Shown piece after piece: positions 46,010 to 55,847 of a stretch of 64,000 nt of DNA. Within the stretch, counting starts at the first letter, position 1. Each line of letters begins with the position of its first letter. The notes beneath the pieces were generated by a model, which did no database searches, had not been told where the DNA came from, and saw only the letters and a program-made list of their open reading frames with translations. Source of the stretch: Candidatus Magasanikiibacteriota bacterium (GTDB taxonomy: Bacteria > Patescibacteriota > Patescibacteriia > Magasanikbacterales > UBA922); NCBI GenBank assembly GCA_016193335.1, contig JACPSK010000001.1, positions 279,424 to 343,423 on the forward strand, written 5' to 3'. The translations under genes and the position numbers were made by a program.

Positions 46010-48448
46010 ATGAAATTTTTGCCGTTTTCCTTCAAATCCGCGATCATACCCATGATCGGACTTCTTTTTTTATGTCCTTTTCAAACTTCTGCCGCCGAAG
46101 TGCCCAATATTACCGTAGTAAGCTACAACATTCAGGGTGGCTGTTCGGCGCCCATGGATGAAGGCAGCTATAATTTGGACAAAACAATAGCAGAGCTGCA
46201 ATCACTAAACGCCGACATAATTTTTCTCCAAGAAGTACAAGGACAGTCTGTTTCAAAAGGAACCTGCAAAAAATCATTCAACAAAAATCAATATAGCACC
46301 ATAGCTTCCGAGCTTAAGATGAAGTCTTATTATTCCCAGCGTCTTCAAATTTTAGCGCGCAGTGATTTTAAGCTGACAGATACAAAATCAGTTCAATACA
46401 ATGCCCAAAAATCTTCAGGAACCAAACGTTATTACGCAAGAGGGCAAGTCGAGACCTCCGATGGCTTCAAATTTATTGTATACAATACCCACGCGGAACG
46501 TTTCGATCCTCTCCAACGCATAGCCCAAATAAAACAGTTGGCAGCGGACGCTGCTCAAGAAACATTCCCTGTCATAGTCGGGGGAGATTTCAATGAATGT
46601 TCAGACGAACCATTCAAAATATTCGGCCTGTCATTCAATGCCGCGCTCGGATCCACGGCCACCTTTACCCCGCTTCAGCCCAAAAGCTCAAAAACCTTGC
46701 AAGATCTCATAAAAAGTTCAAGCTGTAAATTGACGGTCTCAAATATCAATGAACGGCTTGATTATCTCTTCGGCAGCAAGACACATTGGGTTTTGACAAA
46801 CGCGACTGTGGTCACTGGTGCTGGCGCCACTTCGGATCATTATCCCATTACCACCACCTTCCAAGCCACTGAAGGAGCCATTGCTCTCTCCGGACTTGGT
46901 ACTCCCCCTCCCGCGGCACCCGCCTCGCCACCCGCCCCCCAACCCGGCAAAGGCAACTTTGGCAAAGAATGCGACACCGACGCGGATTGTCCGGTGGGGA
47001 ATGAATGCGAACAGAGCATACATCCGAATGGAAAAGAATACTGTGTTTGTGAAGAGGCGGCGCATTGCGTGGAAGAATATGGCGGAGACGTAAAAGAATG
47101 GACCTGTTCCAATGGGAGTAATGTGTCGTATGAGTTGAATTATTGTTTAAAAGGAAGCACGCCCTATTATCCGATCGGAGAAAATCCGGCGGCAAAGAAT
47201 GTAACGAGTGATGTGGGGCGAGCTTTTGATGGGGCGGCCCTCTCTGAGAGTGAAATACAAAAACTCCTCAAGAAGCCGGTGCCCAAGATCAGGATTCCGG
47301 GGTTGGAGTTTAGTGAGATTGATATAGAAAGACTGCGCGGAGATGGCGTGGACGCCTCGTATCTCTATATTCCTTTTTTAGGAGAATATATCGCGGCTGT
47401 GTACAAATTTAGCGTTATCCTTATTACCGTATTATCTACCGCGCTTCTCATTCTCGGAGGCCTGCAATGGACTCTCAAAGGAGGAGGCACAGGAAATGAA
47501 GAGGTGAAAAAACGCATTACTGGCAGTATCATAGGTCTTCTTCTTTCTCTGGGTTCTTACACAGTCCTTTATCTCGTTAATCCGAATTTACTGGAATTTA
47601 AGGCTCTAAGGGTTCAATTTATAGCTCCTGAACCCTATGCCGACTATGAGGAATTGCCGGAAACCGCTGATTTCGGATATGCGCAAGGATCAGGGCCAGT
47701 CAGCGCCGAAGCGCAAAAAACCATAGGCGGCCTAATCGGCGGGCCGAATACCCTTACGGCTTGCTCCAAAGAAGCGGCTCAAAACGCCTCCCAAAAACTA
47801 CATGACTTAAAAATTTGCACAGGGCCCTGCCATTGTGGCTATACCGCAACTAGATTCTTATCCTATATAGGATGCGGCAACAAAACGCTCAGCGGAGGCG
47901 CGAATATAAACGTTCCGTCTCTGGAACAGCAAGGATGGATTTCAGCAAAAATCAGCCAAGAAAACTACAAATCCCTCCCGGTAGGGCTCTTATGGTTTCC
48001 CGGTCACAATGGCGTTTCCATAGGCGACGGAAAACTATTCGAATCAACTCCGGGCAAAGCCTTCCAACGAGTGGCGGAGGGGACCTCTTGTCCCATCGAA
48101 ATTACCGATGTCCCGGCCGGTTCCGGCATCTGCGATGCCTGTTCAAAACTACAAGGGCACGGTCCGGCGTCCAAATTATACTTTCGGCCGCGCGATCCAC
48201 GAGCCTGCCATAGTAACCAAGGTTGGTCTCAAGGAACCCATGTAAAAGCATTCAGACTTGTGGTTTTCCCTGCTGATACTGCCCCAAACAAACCGCCGCT
48301 CGGTTGCTGCAAAATAAATAATAAAGATACTTACTTTTCTTCTGAACTTTTTTGCAAAGAATTCAGTATCAGATGGAAAAATAAGGCTTACGTCAATCTT
48401 CCGTATACTTGGGATTCTTCCATAACCGACAAAAATCTGTGTAAATAA
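46010..48448 (+). CDS. Modular secreted enzyme: signal peptide, EEP-family nuclease/phosphatase, Pro-rich linker, Cys-rich module, two-helix membrane hairpin, C-terminal papain-like (CHAP/NlpC-like) putative peptidoglycan hydrolase
   Basis: 812 aa. EEP motifs VVSYNIQGG, IFLQEVQ, GGDFNE, TSDHYPI. Cys module GKGNFGKECDTDADCPVGNECEQ...CVCEE..HCVEEYGG. Hairpin IAAVYKFSVILITVLSTALLILGGLQWTLKGGGTGNEEVKKRITGSIIGLLLSLGSY. C-terminal CHCGYTATRF...FPGHNGVSIGDG (Cys/His). Confidence 0.75.
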   Translation: MKFLPFSFKSAIIPMIGLLFLCPFQTSAAEVPNITVVSYNIQGGCSAPMDEGSYNLDKTIAELQSLNADIIFLQEVQGQSVSKGTCKKSFNKNQYSTIASELKMKSYYSQRLQILARSDFKLTDTKSVQYNAQKSSGTKRYYARGQVETSDGFKFIVYNTHAERFDPLQRIAQIKQLAADAAQETFPVIVGGDFNECSDEPFKIFGLSFNAALGSTATFTPLQPKSSKTLQDLIKSSSCKLTVSNINERLDYLFGSKTHWVLTNATVVTGAGATSDHYPITTTFQATEGAIALSGLGTPPPAAPASPPAPQPGKGNFGKECDTDADCPVGNECEQSIHPNGKEYCVCEEAAHCVEEYGGDVKEWTCSNGSNVSYELNYCLKGSTPYYPIGENPAAKNVTSDVGRAFDGAALSESEIQKLLKKPVPKIRIPGLEFSEIDIERLRGDGVDASYLYIPFLGEYIAAVYKFSVILITVLSTALLILGGLQWTLKGGGTGNEEVKKRITGSIIGLLLSLGSYTVLYLVNPNLLEFKALRVQFIAPEPYADYEELPETADFGYAQGSGPVSAEAQKTIGGLIGGPNTLTACSKEAAQNASQKLHDLKICTGPCHCGYTATRFLSYIGCGNKTLSGGANINVPSLEQQGWISAKISQENYKSLPVGLLWFPGHNGVSIGDGKLFESTPGKAFQRVAEGTSCPIEITDVPAGSGICDACSKLQGHGPASKLYFRPRDPRACHSNQGWSQGTHVKAFRLVVFPADTAPNKPPLGCCKINNKDTYFSSELFCKEFSIRWKNKAYVNLPYTWDSSITDKNLCK

Positions 48449-48463
48449 AATACGCGCCAGTCT

Positions 48464-49546
48464 TTGTCCCTGCGCTTAATTTTTATGAAACTGAATCATC
48501 TTTTATTGATTTTCGGTATTTTACTGCCTTTTTTTCTTTTTTTGACGGTAAACCACACTTTATTATCAAAAAAAAATGACATAAAATCCGTATTATTGGA
48601 AAAACCGCGAAGGATAGGATCTGACACTGTGTACTTTCCCTTTTTCGACAAAAAAGAAAACACAGTCACCTATTGGGCGTCAAAAGAAAACGCGTTAAAA
48701 ACGATCTCCTTATCAAATCCGGGGAAAACACTAAAAAAACAAAACACAAGCATCGGGGGCGACACTACAGACATACTGTGGGCACCGAACGGGATCGCGT
48801 TCGCGGAAAAAAACAACGGCGGTTTACGCGTGCGCTCTCTCGATAAAGAAGCGGCGTACCATATTGACGGAGACATAGAAAGCGCTGCATGGTCCCCGGA
48901 CAGCAAAAAACTGCTATACCAAAACTTTTCGGATAGAAACGCCACGAAAAGTTCCCTGTACATCTTCAACAGAGAAACAGGCTCAAGCAGCCTATACCTG
49001 GAACTGGGCGAGCCGGAGGCGTCTTTTTCTGAGGGCATCGTTTTACTTTCTTGGCCAGAAGAAAAAAAAATACTTTATGCTCAAGCAAGCACAGACCAAA
49101 GTCTTCCGGCTTGGTGGAACACGGATAAAGAAGCTCCTGAGAATGAATTATTAAGCGGAATACGCTTTTTGGAATTGTCGCCAGACAAAAAAAACTTGCT
49201 CACTGAAGTGGAAAAACCGGGCAATCAACAGTATACTGTGTATGCCGTACAAAATATGTTAACCGGCGAAGAGGCCCCCACGGATATATCGCCGCAAGAA
49301 TCCTTATGCGCTTGGAAAACGAACACCGCTTTGTTGTGCGTGAGCGCGAAAATAAGTTCTGACGTCGTCTATATCGGGAGTGTCAATCTTCAAGATGGTG
49401 AATACACCCTGCATGGAGCAGTCCGTTCTGAGGACATGGATATCAATCAAAATTCAGAATACATGCATATAGTGGGGAACAATTTCTTTTATATTTCGTC
49501 TTTTGACCAAGGACTATATTCTATAAAGTTGAAAAATACACAATAA
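48464..49546 (+). CDS. Membrane-anchored beta-propeller (TolB/PD40-like) protein, paralogous in style to 43959-45206
   Basis: 360 aa. N-terminal TM. WAPNGIAFAE and WSPDSKKLLYQ blade motifs. Confidence 0.5.
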   Translation: MSLRLIFMKLNHLLLIFGILLPFFLFLTVNHTLLSKKNDIKSVLLEKPRRIGSDTVYFPFFDKKENTVTYWASKENALKTISLSNPGKTLKKQNTSIGGDTTDILWAPNGIAFAEKNNGGLRVRSLDKEAAYHIDGDIESAAWSPDSKKLLYQNFSDRNATKSSLYIFNRETGSSSLYLELGEPEASFSEGIVLLSWPEEKKILYAQASTDQSLPAWWNTDKEAPENELLSGIRFLELSPDKKNLLTEVEKPGNQQYTVYAVQNMLTGEEAPTDISPQESLCAWKTNTALLCVSAKISSDVVYIGSVNLQDGEYTLHGAVRSEDMDINQNSEYMHIVGNNFFYISSFDQGLYSIKLKNTQ

Positions 49547-49549
49547 CAT

Positions 49550-51913
49550 ATGGAAAGGCGAAAAAAAATGACACAAATAACAAAAAACATTACAGACATA
49601 ATAGTGGCCGGCTCTTTTTTGCTATTTCTTTTCTTGCCCCAGGCAAGCCAAGCCGCCCCAAAACTCCTCAACACGGTCGGTTCAGTGGAACACTATACAT
49701 ACAGTTCCTCTTGCTCGGGAACAGGAACACAAAATCTCATCGTCAATACAACGCAGAGTTCTTACTCCAACATCTACTTTTTCTTCCACGGTCAAACCTC
49801 CCCCAGCCCAAAAGGATTCTGCGAAGGCGCTTTTCAACTTTGCTCTCGGGCAAAAGAACAGCCGTCTTCTCTCTTTGTGGGCGTTTCCATGAAAGGATCC
49901 GGCAACCAATGGGTTTCCAAAGTTGATTTTCCCTGCCTTTACAATGAAGCGAAAACACAGCTTGACGAACTTGGCATTCCCATGCCGAGCAGTGTAAACA
50001 TGGCCGCTTTCAGCTATGGCGGCAGAGCCCTTCAAAATATATTCAATCAAGGGAAACAGCAGGGAAACGTCAAAAGCACGCTTTTTTTCGATGCCTGTTT
50101 CGGAAGCTGGTGTTCTGACGTGGCAAAAAAATCTTCTTCAATCCGCGGGTCACAATATATGTACGCTTCTTCAGCCACGGACAATGACAACGGCAAAAAA
50201 AATCAAGAAGCCGCCGCTGCCGCCATCAAAGCCTCAAGCGATGCCACGCGTTATGTGCATGTGCCGGTGAACAACCATGGTCTCATACCCAACATATGTT
50301 TTTGGGATCATATAAACAGTGATCTCTGCCAGGGAAAGGGAGTCTTAAAATCTTCTTCCGATCTTCCGCAAACTCCGGCCGAGCCAGTCCAAAACCCTGC
50401 CGGCAAAGGCAACTTCGGCAAAGAATGCGACACCGACGCGGATTGTCCGGTAGGGAATGAATGCGAACAGAGCATACATCCGAATGGCAAGGAATACTGT
50501 GTTTGTGAAGAAGACGCTCATTGTGTGGAAGAATATGGCGGAGATCCAAAAGAATGGACCTGTTCCAATGGGAGCAATGCGTCGTATGAGTTGAATTATT
50601 GTTTAAAAGGAAGCACGCCTTATTATCCGATCGGAGAAAATCCGGCGGCAAAGAACGCAACGAGTGACGTAGGGCGAGCTTTTGATGGGGCGGCCCTCTC
50701 TGAGAGTGAAATACAAAAACTCCTCAAGAAGCCGGTGCCCAAGATCAGGATTCCGGGGTTGGAGTTTAGTGAGATCAGCGTGGAGGGATTAAGCTCAATG
50801 GACGCGGGAGGAAAAACTTATCTCAATATCCCCTTTCTCGGACAATACATCGCCAGCTTATACAAATATCTCATTATTCTTATTACCGTTGTTTCGACGG
50901 TATTCTTGATCATTGGCGGCATGCAGTGGATTTTGGGCGGTAGCGGATCAGGAAAAGAAGAAATAAAACAACGCATGATAAACAGCCTCATAGGCCTTAT
51001 TGTAGCACTCAGCTCTTATGTAATATTGCATACCATCAACCCTGATCTGGTGCAATTCAAAGCTCTAAAAGTCTTATACGCCCAACCAAACGAATTCTTC
51101 GCGACTCCTCCTGAAAATGATGAAGATAATCCGAATCTTCCGGCCGACACCACTATAGCCGCTAAACCAAATGCCCAGGATGAGGTGACCTCAGACCTCT
51201 TTATGGAAACCGGTATAAACGGTCCGAAAGCGAACGGTTGGCAAATCTGGCAGTCCTTTTCGGAAAATCAAAAAAAAGAAGTCCTGCCTCATCTGTTCAA
51301 ACTTATAGCGGCATGTCCTGGCGAAGGCAATCTTACGAATATCACCGGAATCCCGGGATGGAACGGCATGAAAATCAATTCCCAGGCCTTGGAACCTTTC
51401 AGAAAAGCCAATAAACTGGCCTCTGAATTGGGTTTTGTATTGTATCCCGGAGGAGTGTACAGACCCTCAGCCACACAACTTAGGCTGTGGAATACGGGTG
51501 TCGCGGCCCGCTATCAAAGAGGCCTGAGCGGATGGGAAAATAATCAAGGCAAAATCGCGAGGCCCAGCTGCAAATCCCCTCATCTGAGCGGAGGAGCGGT
51601 GGATGTGAACATGAAATATATCGCTTCCGGCAAAAAACTCGCGGCCAGCGATCCCTTCAAAATAACCAAATCCAATTACGCGACTAAATTTTTGGGGGAT
51701 CCGTATAAAATTATTCTGGAATATATTTTCAATCAAGCCGGATGGCTGCGGCTCTGTTCCGAACATTGGCATTTTGAATATGGTGTGACTGTTTCTTACG
51801 GTAGATGGGACAAGACATCACGTTGCTGGATAGGCAATGAAACATATGATCAACCCATTCCGGACAGCATGAAAGCGGAAGTAAACAAGATCGTTGGCAA
51901 AAATATTTTATAA
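49550..51913 (+). CDS. Modular secreted enzyme: signal peptide, alpha/beta-hydrolase (lipase/esterase-like), Cys-rich module, two-helix membrane hairpin, C-terminal M15 (VanY-like) peptidoglycan peptidase
   Basis: 787 aa. FFFHGQ / AAFSYGG (G-x-S-x-G) / NNHGLIP. Cys module ~96% nt-identical to that in 46010-48448. Hairpin IASLYKYLIILITVVSTVFLIIGGMQWILGGSGSGKEEIKQRMINSLIGLIVALSSY. M15 motifs SPHLSGGAVDV and SEHWHFEY. Confidence 0.75.
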   Translation: MERRKKMTQITKNITDIIVAGSFLLFLFLPQASQAAPKLLNTVGSVEHYTYSSSCSGTGTQNLIVNTTQSSYSNIYFFFHGQTSPSPKGFCEGAFQLCSRAKEQPSSLFVGVSMKGSGNQWVSKVDFPCLYNEAKTQLDELGIPMPSSVNMAAFSYGGRALQNIFNQGKQQGNVKSTLFFDACFGSWCSDVAKKSSSIRGSQYMYASSATDNDNGKKNQEAAAAAIKASSDATRYVHVPVNNHGLIPNICFWDHINSDLCQGKGVLKSSSDLPQTPAEPVQNPAGKGNFGKECDTDADCPVGNECEQSIHPNGKEYCVCEEDAHCVEEYGGDPKEWTCSNGSNASYELNYCLKGSTPYYPIGENPAAKNATSDVGRAFDGAALSESEIQKLLKKPVPKIRIPGLEFSEISVEGLSSMDAGGKTYLNIPFLGQYIASLYKYLIILITVVSTVFLIIGGMQWILGGSGSGKEEIKQRMINSLIGLIVALSSYVILHTINPDLVQFKALKVLYAQPNEFFATPPENDEDNPNLPADTTIAAKPNAQDEVTSDLFMETGINGPKANGWQIWQSFSENQKKEVLPHLFKLIAACPGEGNLTNITGIPGWNGMKINSQALEPFRKANKLASELGFVLYPGGVYRPSATQLRLWNTGVAARYQRGLSGWENNQGKIARPSCKSPHLSGGAVDVNMKYIASGKKLAASDPFKITKSNYATKFLGDPYKIILEYIFNQAGWLRLCSEHWHFEYGVTVSYGRWDKTSRCWIGNETYDQPIPDSMKAEVNKIVGKNIL

Positions 51914-51916
51914 GCT

Positions 51917-53263
51917 ATGCCGGAACCAAAAACACTCTACGTTTGCACGCATTGTGACGCGCAATTCCAAAAATGGATAGGCCGTTGTTTGGAATGCGGA
52001 ACTTGGGGTTCTTTAGAAGAAGTTTCTGCCGCGCGTATGAAACAAGAAAAAGAAAACGCGGCGATCCCCGCAAAAACGCAAGAACTTTCAGAACTAAAAA
52101 CAACTCAGACCGAACGAATCCCAAGCAAGATCAGAGAATTGGATCGAGTGCTCGGAGACGGCATAGTGCCGGGAAGCCTGATACTCCTTGGCGGAGAGCC
52201 GGGGATCGGCAAATCCACGCTCGCTTTGCAATTGGCCGCCATTGTGGACAAAACGCTGTACATTTCCGGCGAGGAATCGGCCGGTCAAATCGCAATGCGG
52301 GCTCGCCGAATTTTAAGTGAAAAATTTTCAAAAAATATCAAAGTCCTCAACGAAACAAACGTGGAAACTATTGTGTCCACTCTCAAGGTCGAATCCGCGA
52401 ACTTCGCGATCATTGATTCCATTCAAACACTCTATTCAGAAGAGGTGAGCGGAGGCGCCGGATCTCCAAATCAAATCCGCGCCTGCACGGTAAAGCTGCT
52501 CGACTGCGCGAAACAACATACCATAGCCATTTGTATCATTGGACATGTTACCAAAGATGGAGCCGTGGCCGGGCCAAAAACCTTGGAGCATTTGGTAGAC
52601 ACGGTTTTGTATCTCGAAGGAGAACCTCATCATTCGTACCGGGTCCTGCGCGCGGTAAAAAATCGTTTTGGTTCCACCGATGAAGTGGGTATTTTTGAAA
52701 TGGACGAAACCGGTCTCCGCGAAGTTCCCAATCCTTCTGAACATTTTCTCTCCGAACGTGCCGAAAAAACTTCAGGCTCTGTCATTACCTGTCTTATGGA
52801 AGGTACAAGACCTTTGCTCGTGGAAATTCAAGCTTTGGTCCAAAAAACAAGTTTCGGATACCCGGTGCGCAAAGCCAGCGGTTTTGATCTGAACCGTCTC
52901 CATGTTTTGGTGGCAGTCTTGCAGAAACGTGCTGGGCTTAATCTGGCTCAATATGATATTCACATCAATGTGGTGGGCGGACTCAAGGCGGAAGAGCCTT
53001 CCGCTGATCTCTCAATTTGTCTGGCCATAGCAAGCTCATTCAAAGACAAAATTCTTGGGCTAGATTTGGTGGTCTTTGGCGAAGTGGGACTTGGCGGGGA
53101 AATACGCGCGGTTCGGCACACGGAAAAACGTCTAAAAGAATGCGAACAGCTCGGCATGAAACGGGTCATAATGGCTCGCAACAAAAAGATAAAAGAAAAA
53201 AATACCAACAAACTTCATATTATCGGCGTTGGGAATATTGAGGAGCTGATACAGCACGCCTAA
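51917..53263 (+). CDS. radA: DNA repair protein RadA/Sms
   Basis: 448 aa. N-terminal Zn ribbon CTHCDAQFQKWIGRCLECGTWG, RecA-like Walker A GGEPGIGKSTLALQ, KNRFG motif, Lon-like C-terminal domain. Confidence 0.9.
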   Translation: MPEPKTLYVCTHCDAQFQKWIGRCLECGTWGSLEEVSAARMKQEKENAAIPAKTQELSELKTTQTERIPSKIRELDRVLGDGIVPGSLILLGGEPGIGKSTLALQLAAIVDKTLYISGEESAGQIAMRARRILSEKFSKNIKVLNETNVETIVSTLKVESANFAIIDSIQTLYSEEVSGGAGSPNQIRACTVKLLDCAKQHTIAICIIGHVTKDGAVAGPKTLEHLVDTVLYLEGEPHHSYRVLRAVKNRFGSTDEVGIFEMDETGLREVPNPSEHFLSERAEKTSGSVITCLMEGTRPLLVEIQALVQKTSFGYPVRKASGFDLNRLHVLVAVLQKRAGLNLAQYDIHINVVGGLKAEEPSADLSICLAIASSFKDKILGLDLVVFGEVGLGGEIRAVRHTEKRLKECEQLGMKRVIMARNKKIKEKNTNKLHIIGVGNIEELIQHA

Positions 53264-53362
53264 ACTTTCAGTTTCAAGAAGAGTGAGATAATTTGTGTTG
53301 TATGTACCTCAAAGCGTCTGCAGCACCCCTTTTTTCCCCCCTCCACGCTGTGTTCTCTATAT

Positions 53363-53457
53363 TTAAACCCCCTCTTACATCTCCCCCTTAGTAAAGGGGG
53401 AGAGACTGCGCAGCCACGATCCTCTCCTTTACTAAGGAGGGGATATAAGGGGTGGTT
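53363..53457 (+). repeat. Palindromic repeat units (C5/G5-armed hairpin tctcccccttagtaaagggggaga plus ~44-bp unit ccacgatcctctcctttactaaggaggggatataaggggtggtt), left flank of a GC-rich insert
   Basis: Both units recur at 54078-54206 (ccacgatcccctccttttcaaggaggggatgtaaggggtggtt; tctccccctttaaaagggggaga). Seen in sequence. Confidence 0.5.
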
Positions 53458-53652
53458 GAATGGTCTGACCTAGTCCGCAAACAAAAAAACCGACTCTTCA
53501 TCGGAATATAATTAGGATTGGGGTGGCCTTGCGCGCGTACAGCTCTATCACCCCCACTGCGATGAAAAGCATGTACAAACACACGCGGAGCTTGCCCAAA
53601 GCTCAACGCGGGCGCGCAAGGCTATAGAAAGGTGGGAGCCCGGCCTGCCGGG

Positions 53653-53940
53653 CTAGAGGTTGGCGATGTTCTTCCGGGTCGGGTCTCCGCGGACCTGGCG
53701 GCAGCCCGTCGGCAGTCGCCGCTCGGAGCCGAGCAGACCCTCCCGGCTCTGGTGGGGGCGATGGGAGACGCCCTCCACCTCGATCCCGAGCCCGAGGGCC
53801 TGCTCGATCCCCTGCTCGAACTCGGCCGTGACCTTACCGTTCCGGTACTGAACGATGAAGGCCACTCCCTCGCTGATCGCGACGGCCACCGTACCAGTCC
53901 CGCCACGGGGCGGGAAAGGACGCTTCTTGATATCCTTCAA
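53653..53940 (-). CDS. Small ORF (95 aa) inside a ~65% GC insert, function unknown
   Basis: GC3-rich codon pattern coherent in this frame only (MKDIKKRPFPPRGGTGTVAVAISEGVAFIVQYRNGKVTAEFEQGIEQALGLGIEVEG...). No family assigned. Confidence 0.3.
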   Translation of the reverse strand: MKDIKKRPFPPRGGTGTVAVAISEGVAFIVQYRNGKVTAEFEQGIEQALGLGIEVEGVSHRPHQSREGLLGSERRLPTGCRQVRGDPTRKNIANL

Positions 53941-54077
53941 AATTACCTCACCTTGCTAAGTACGCACCTCGCACCGGATGCCCATCCGATGAAAAACGCG
54001 CACAATTAGAAATAATAATAGCAGAAAAAATAGAAAAGTCAAGGCTATTTGCCCTGACCTGTAAACTCCGGAACCAG

Positions 54078-54206
54078 TCTCCCTCCTTTACCAAGGAGAG
54101 GGACATTGCATCCACGATCCCCTCCTTTTCAAGGAGGGGATGTAAGGGGTGGTTATGGATTTCTCCGATAACCCCCCCTTGCATCTCCCCCTTTAAAAGG
54201 GGGAGA
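54078..54206 (+). repeat. Palindromic repeat units, right flank of the GC-rich insert (hairpin, ~44-bp unit, hairpin)
   Basis: See 53363-53457. Hairpins tctccctcctttaccaaggagaggga and tctccccctttaaaagggggaga bracket the second copy of the ~44-bp unit. Confidence 0.5.
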
Positions 54207-54228
54207 GAAGTGATATTTATGGATTTGC

Positions 54229-55659
54229 TCACCTCACCTCTTCCAAATCATGCGCTCCGCTTTCTTTTAACCCAGCACTTGTAACGCGCAGAAACTGACA
54301 ATTTTCTTGCAGCTCGGCGATACTTCTTGAATTGGTATAACTCATTCCGGAGCGCAAACCGCCAGTGAGTTGTCCTACTATTTCCTTAAGATATCCTTTA
54401 TATGGCACTATGGCTTCCACGCCCTCGGGTGTCACTTCACTTAAGTCTCTTTTCTCCTGACCCAAGCTCCGTCTCCTCTCGGCCGTGCCAAAACTCGCGC
54501 TTCCTCGGCAGACTTTGTATTTTTTCCCATTCCTGTTCATAATAATTCCCGGACTTTCGTGAGTGCCGGCAAACATTCCGCCTATCATCACCGTATCCGC
54601 GCCCGCGCCGATAGCTTTTACTATATCACCTGATTTTTGTATCCCACCGTCAGCTATCACCGGCACGCCGTATGGCTTGGCCGCGGCGACCGCGTTCATT
54701 ACAGCCGATAGTTGCGGAACTCCACAGCCGGTTACCATCCGAGTAACGCAAATGGTCCCCGGGCCCACGCCCACCTTAATGGCATCCACCCCTGCTTCGC
54801 AAAGATCTCTGGCTCCTTGAGCAGTGGCAATGTTTCCGGCAATAAGCTGTATATCTCCACAAGATTCTCGAATGTTTTTGATTGCTTTAAACATGAGTTC
54901 CGAATGGCCATGAGCAATGTCTATTACAAGAACATCCGCCCCGGCTTCGAGCAAAGCCTGAGCTCGTTCAATATAATCTCCCTTTACACCTACAGACGCA
55001 CCTACAATAAGCCTCCCCTCCTCATCAGTATTTGCCAAAGGGTATTCCATCTGATTTTTGATATCATCACTTATGATGAGCCCGCAAATTTTGTCGTCGA
55101 GATCCACTAAGGGCAATTTTTCAACCTTGCGCTGGCCCAATATTTCTTTCGCTTCTCTAAAACTCGTGTCCGGAGAACCTACAAACAATCTTCCTCGCGG
55201 TGTCATTATTTCATGTACTCTTTGTTCATCACTTTCGGCAAACAAAATATCCCTGCTCGAAAGGATGCCGCGAAGTCGGCCATCACCATTTGCCACCAAA
55301 ATACCACCCACTCCGCAGTTTGCTATAAATTCTTTCGCCTCACGAAGCGTTTTGTCCGGCTCAATGGTATAAGGGTGCTTGATCACGAAATTCTGAGCTC
55401 TCTTTACGCGCCGTACTTCTTCCGCGTTATCTTCAATACTCATGAAACGATGCATAATGCCTATACCTCCAAGCCTGGCCAAAGCTATGGCCATCTCAGA
55501 CTCGGTTACCGTGTCCATATTCGAACTGATGATGGGAATCTTGAGATTGAGCTTTTTGGTCAATTTAGTGGAAATGTTTGCTTCCTGTCTCGAATCCAAA
55601 GAAGAACGCCGAGGCACAATCAGTACATCGTCATAAGTCAAAGCCAAAGGGATGTTCAT
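54229..55659 (-). CDS. guaB: Inosine-5'-monophosphate dehydrogenase (with CBS pair)
   Basis: 476 aa. Catalytic loop [59 protein letters not shown] insert. Confidence 0.9.
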   Translation of the reverse strand: MNIPLALTYDDVLIVPRRSSLDSRQEANISTKLTKKLNLKIPIISSNMDTVTESEMAIALARLGGIGIMHRFMSIEDNAEEVRRVKRAQNFVIKHPYTIEPDKTLREAKEFIANCGVGGILVANGDGRLRGILSSRDILFAESDEQRVHEIMTPRGRLFVGSPDTSFREAKEILGQRKVEKLPLVDLDDKICGLIISDDIKNQMEYPLANTDEEGRLIVGASVGVKGDYIERAQALLEAGADVLVIDIAHGHSELMFKAIKNIRESCGDIQLIAGNIATAQGARDLCEAGVDAIKVGVGPGTICVTRMVTGCGVPQLSAVMNAVAAAKPYGVPVIADGGIQKSGDIVKAIGAGADTVMIGGMFAGTHESPGIIMNRNGKKYKVCRGSASFGTAERRRSLGQEKRDLSEVTPEGVEAIVPYKGYLKEIVGQLTGGLRSGMSYTNSRSIAELQENCQFLRVTSAGLKESGAHDLEEVR

Positions 55660-55847
55660 AACAATAGGTTTTATAAGTCGGAAAGGAGTATACCAAAGAC
55701 AGCCGAAGTCTCAAAATATGAAACCAAACAAATAAAACAGCCGAAATCCCTTGTACCAAAGACTCGCGCATTTTGCTTCTCCCCTTTTAAAGGTTAATAT
55801 AAGAAATAATTTTTAAGATGGGCTCTAATCTGTCCGTCCCTTCTTTC

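Noticed and set aside
53330-54215. CRISPR array
   Set aside because: There are only two or three non-identical repeat copies with irregular spacing (~650 bp) and no cas genes. The repeats are hairpins of REP/BIME style.
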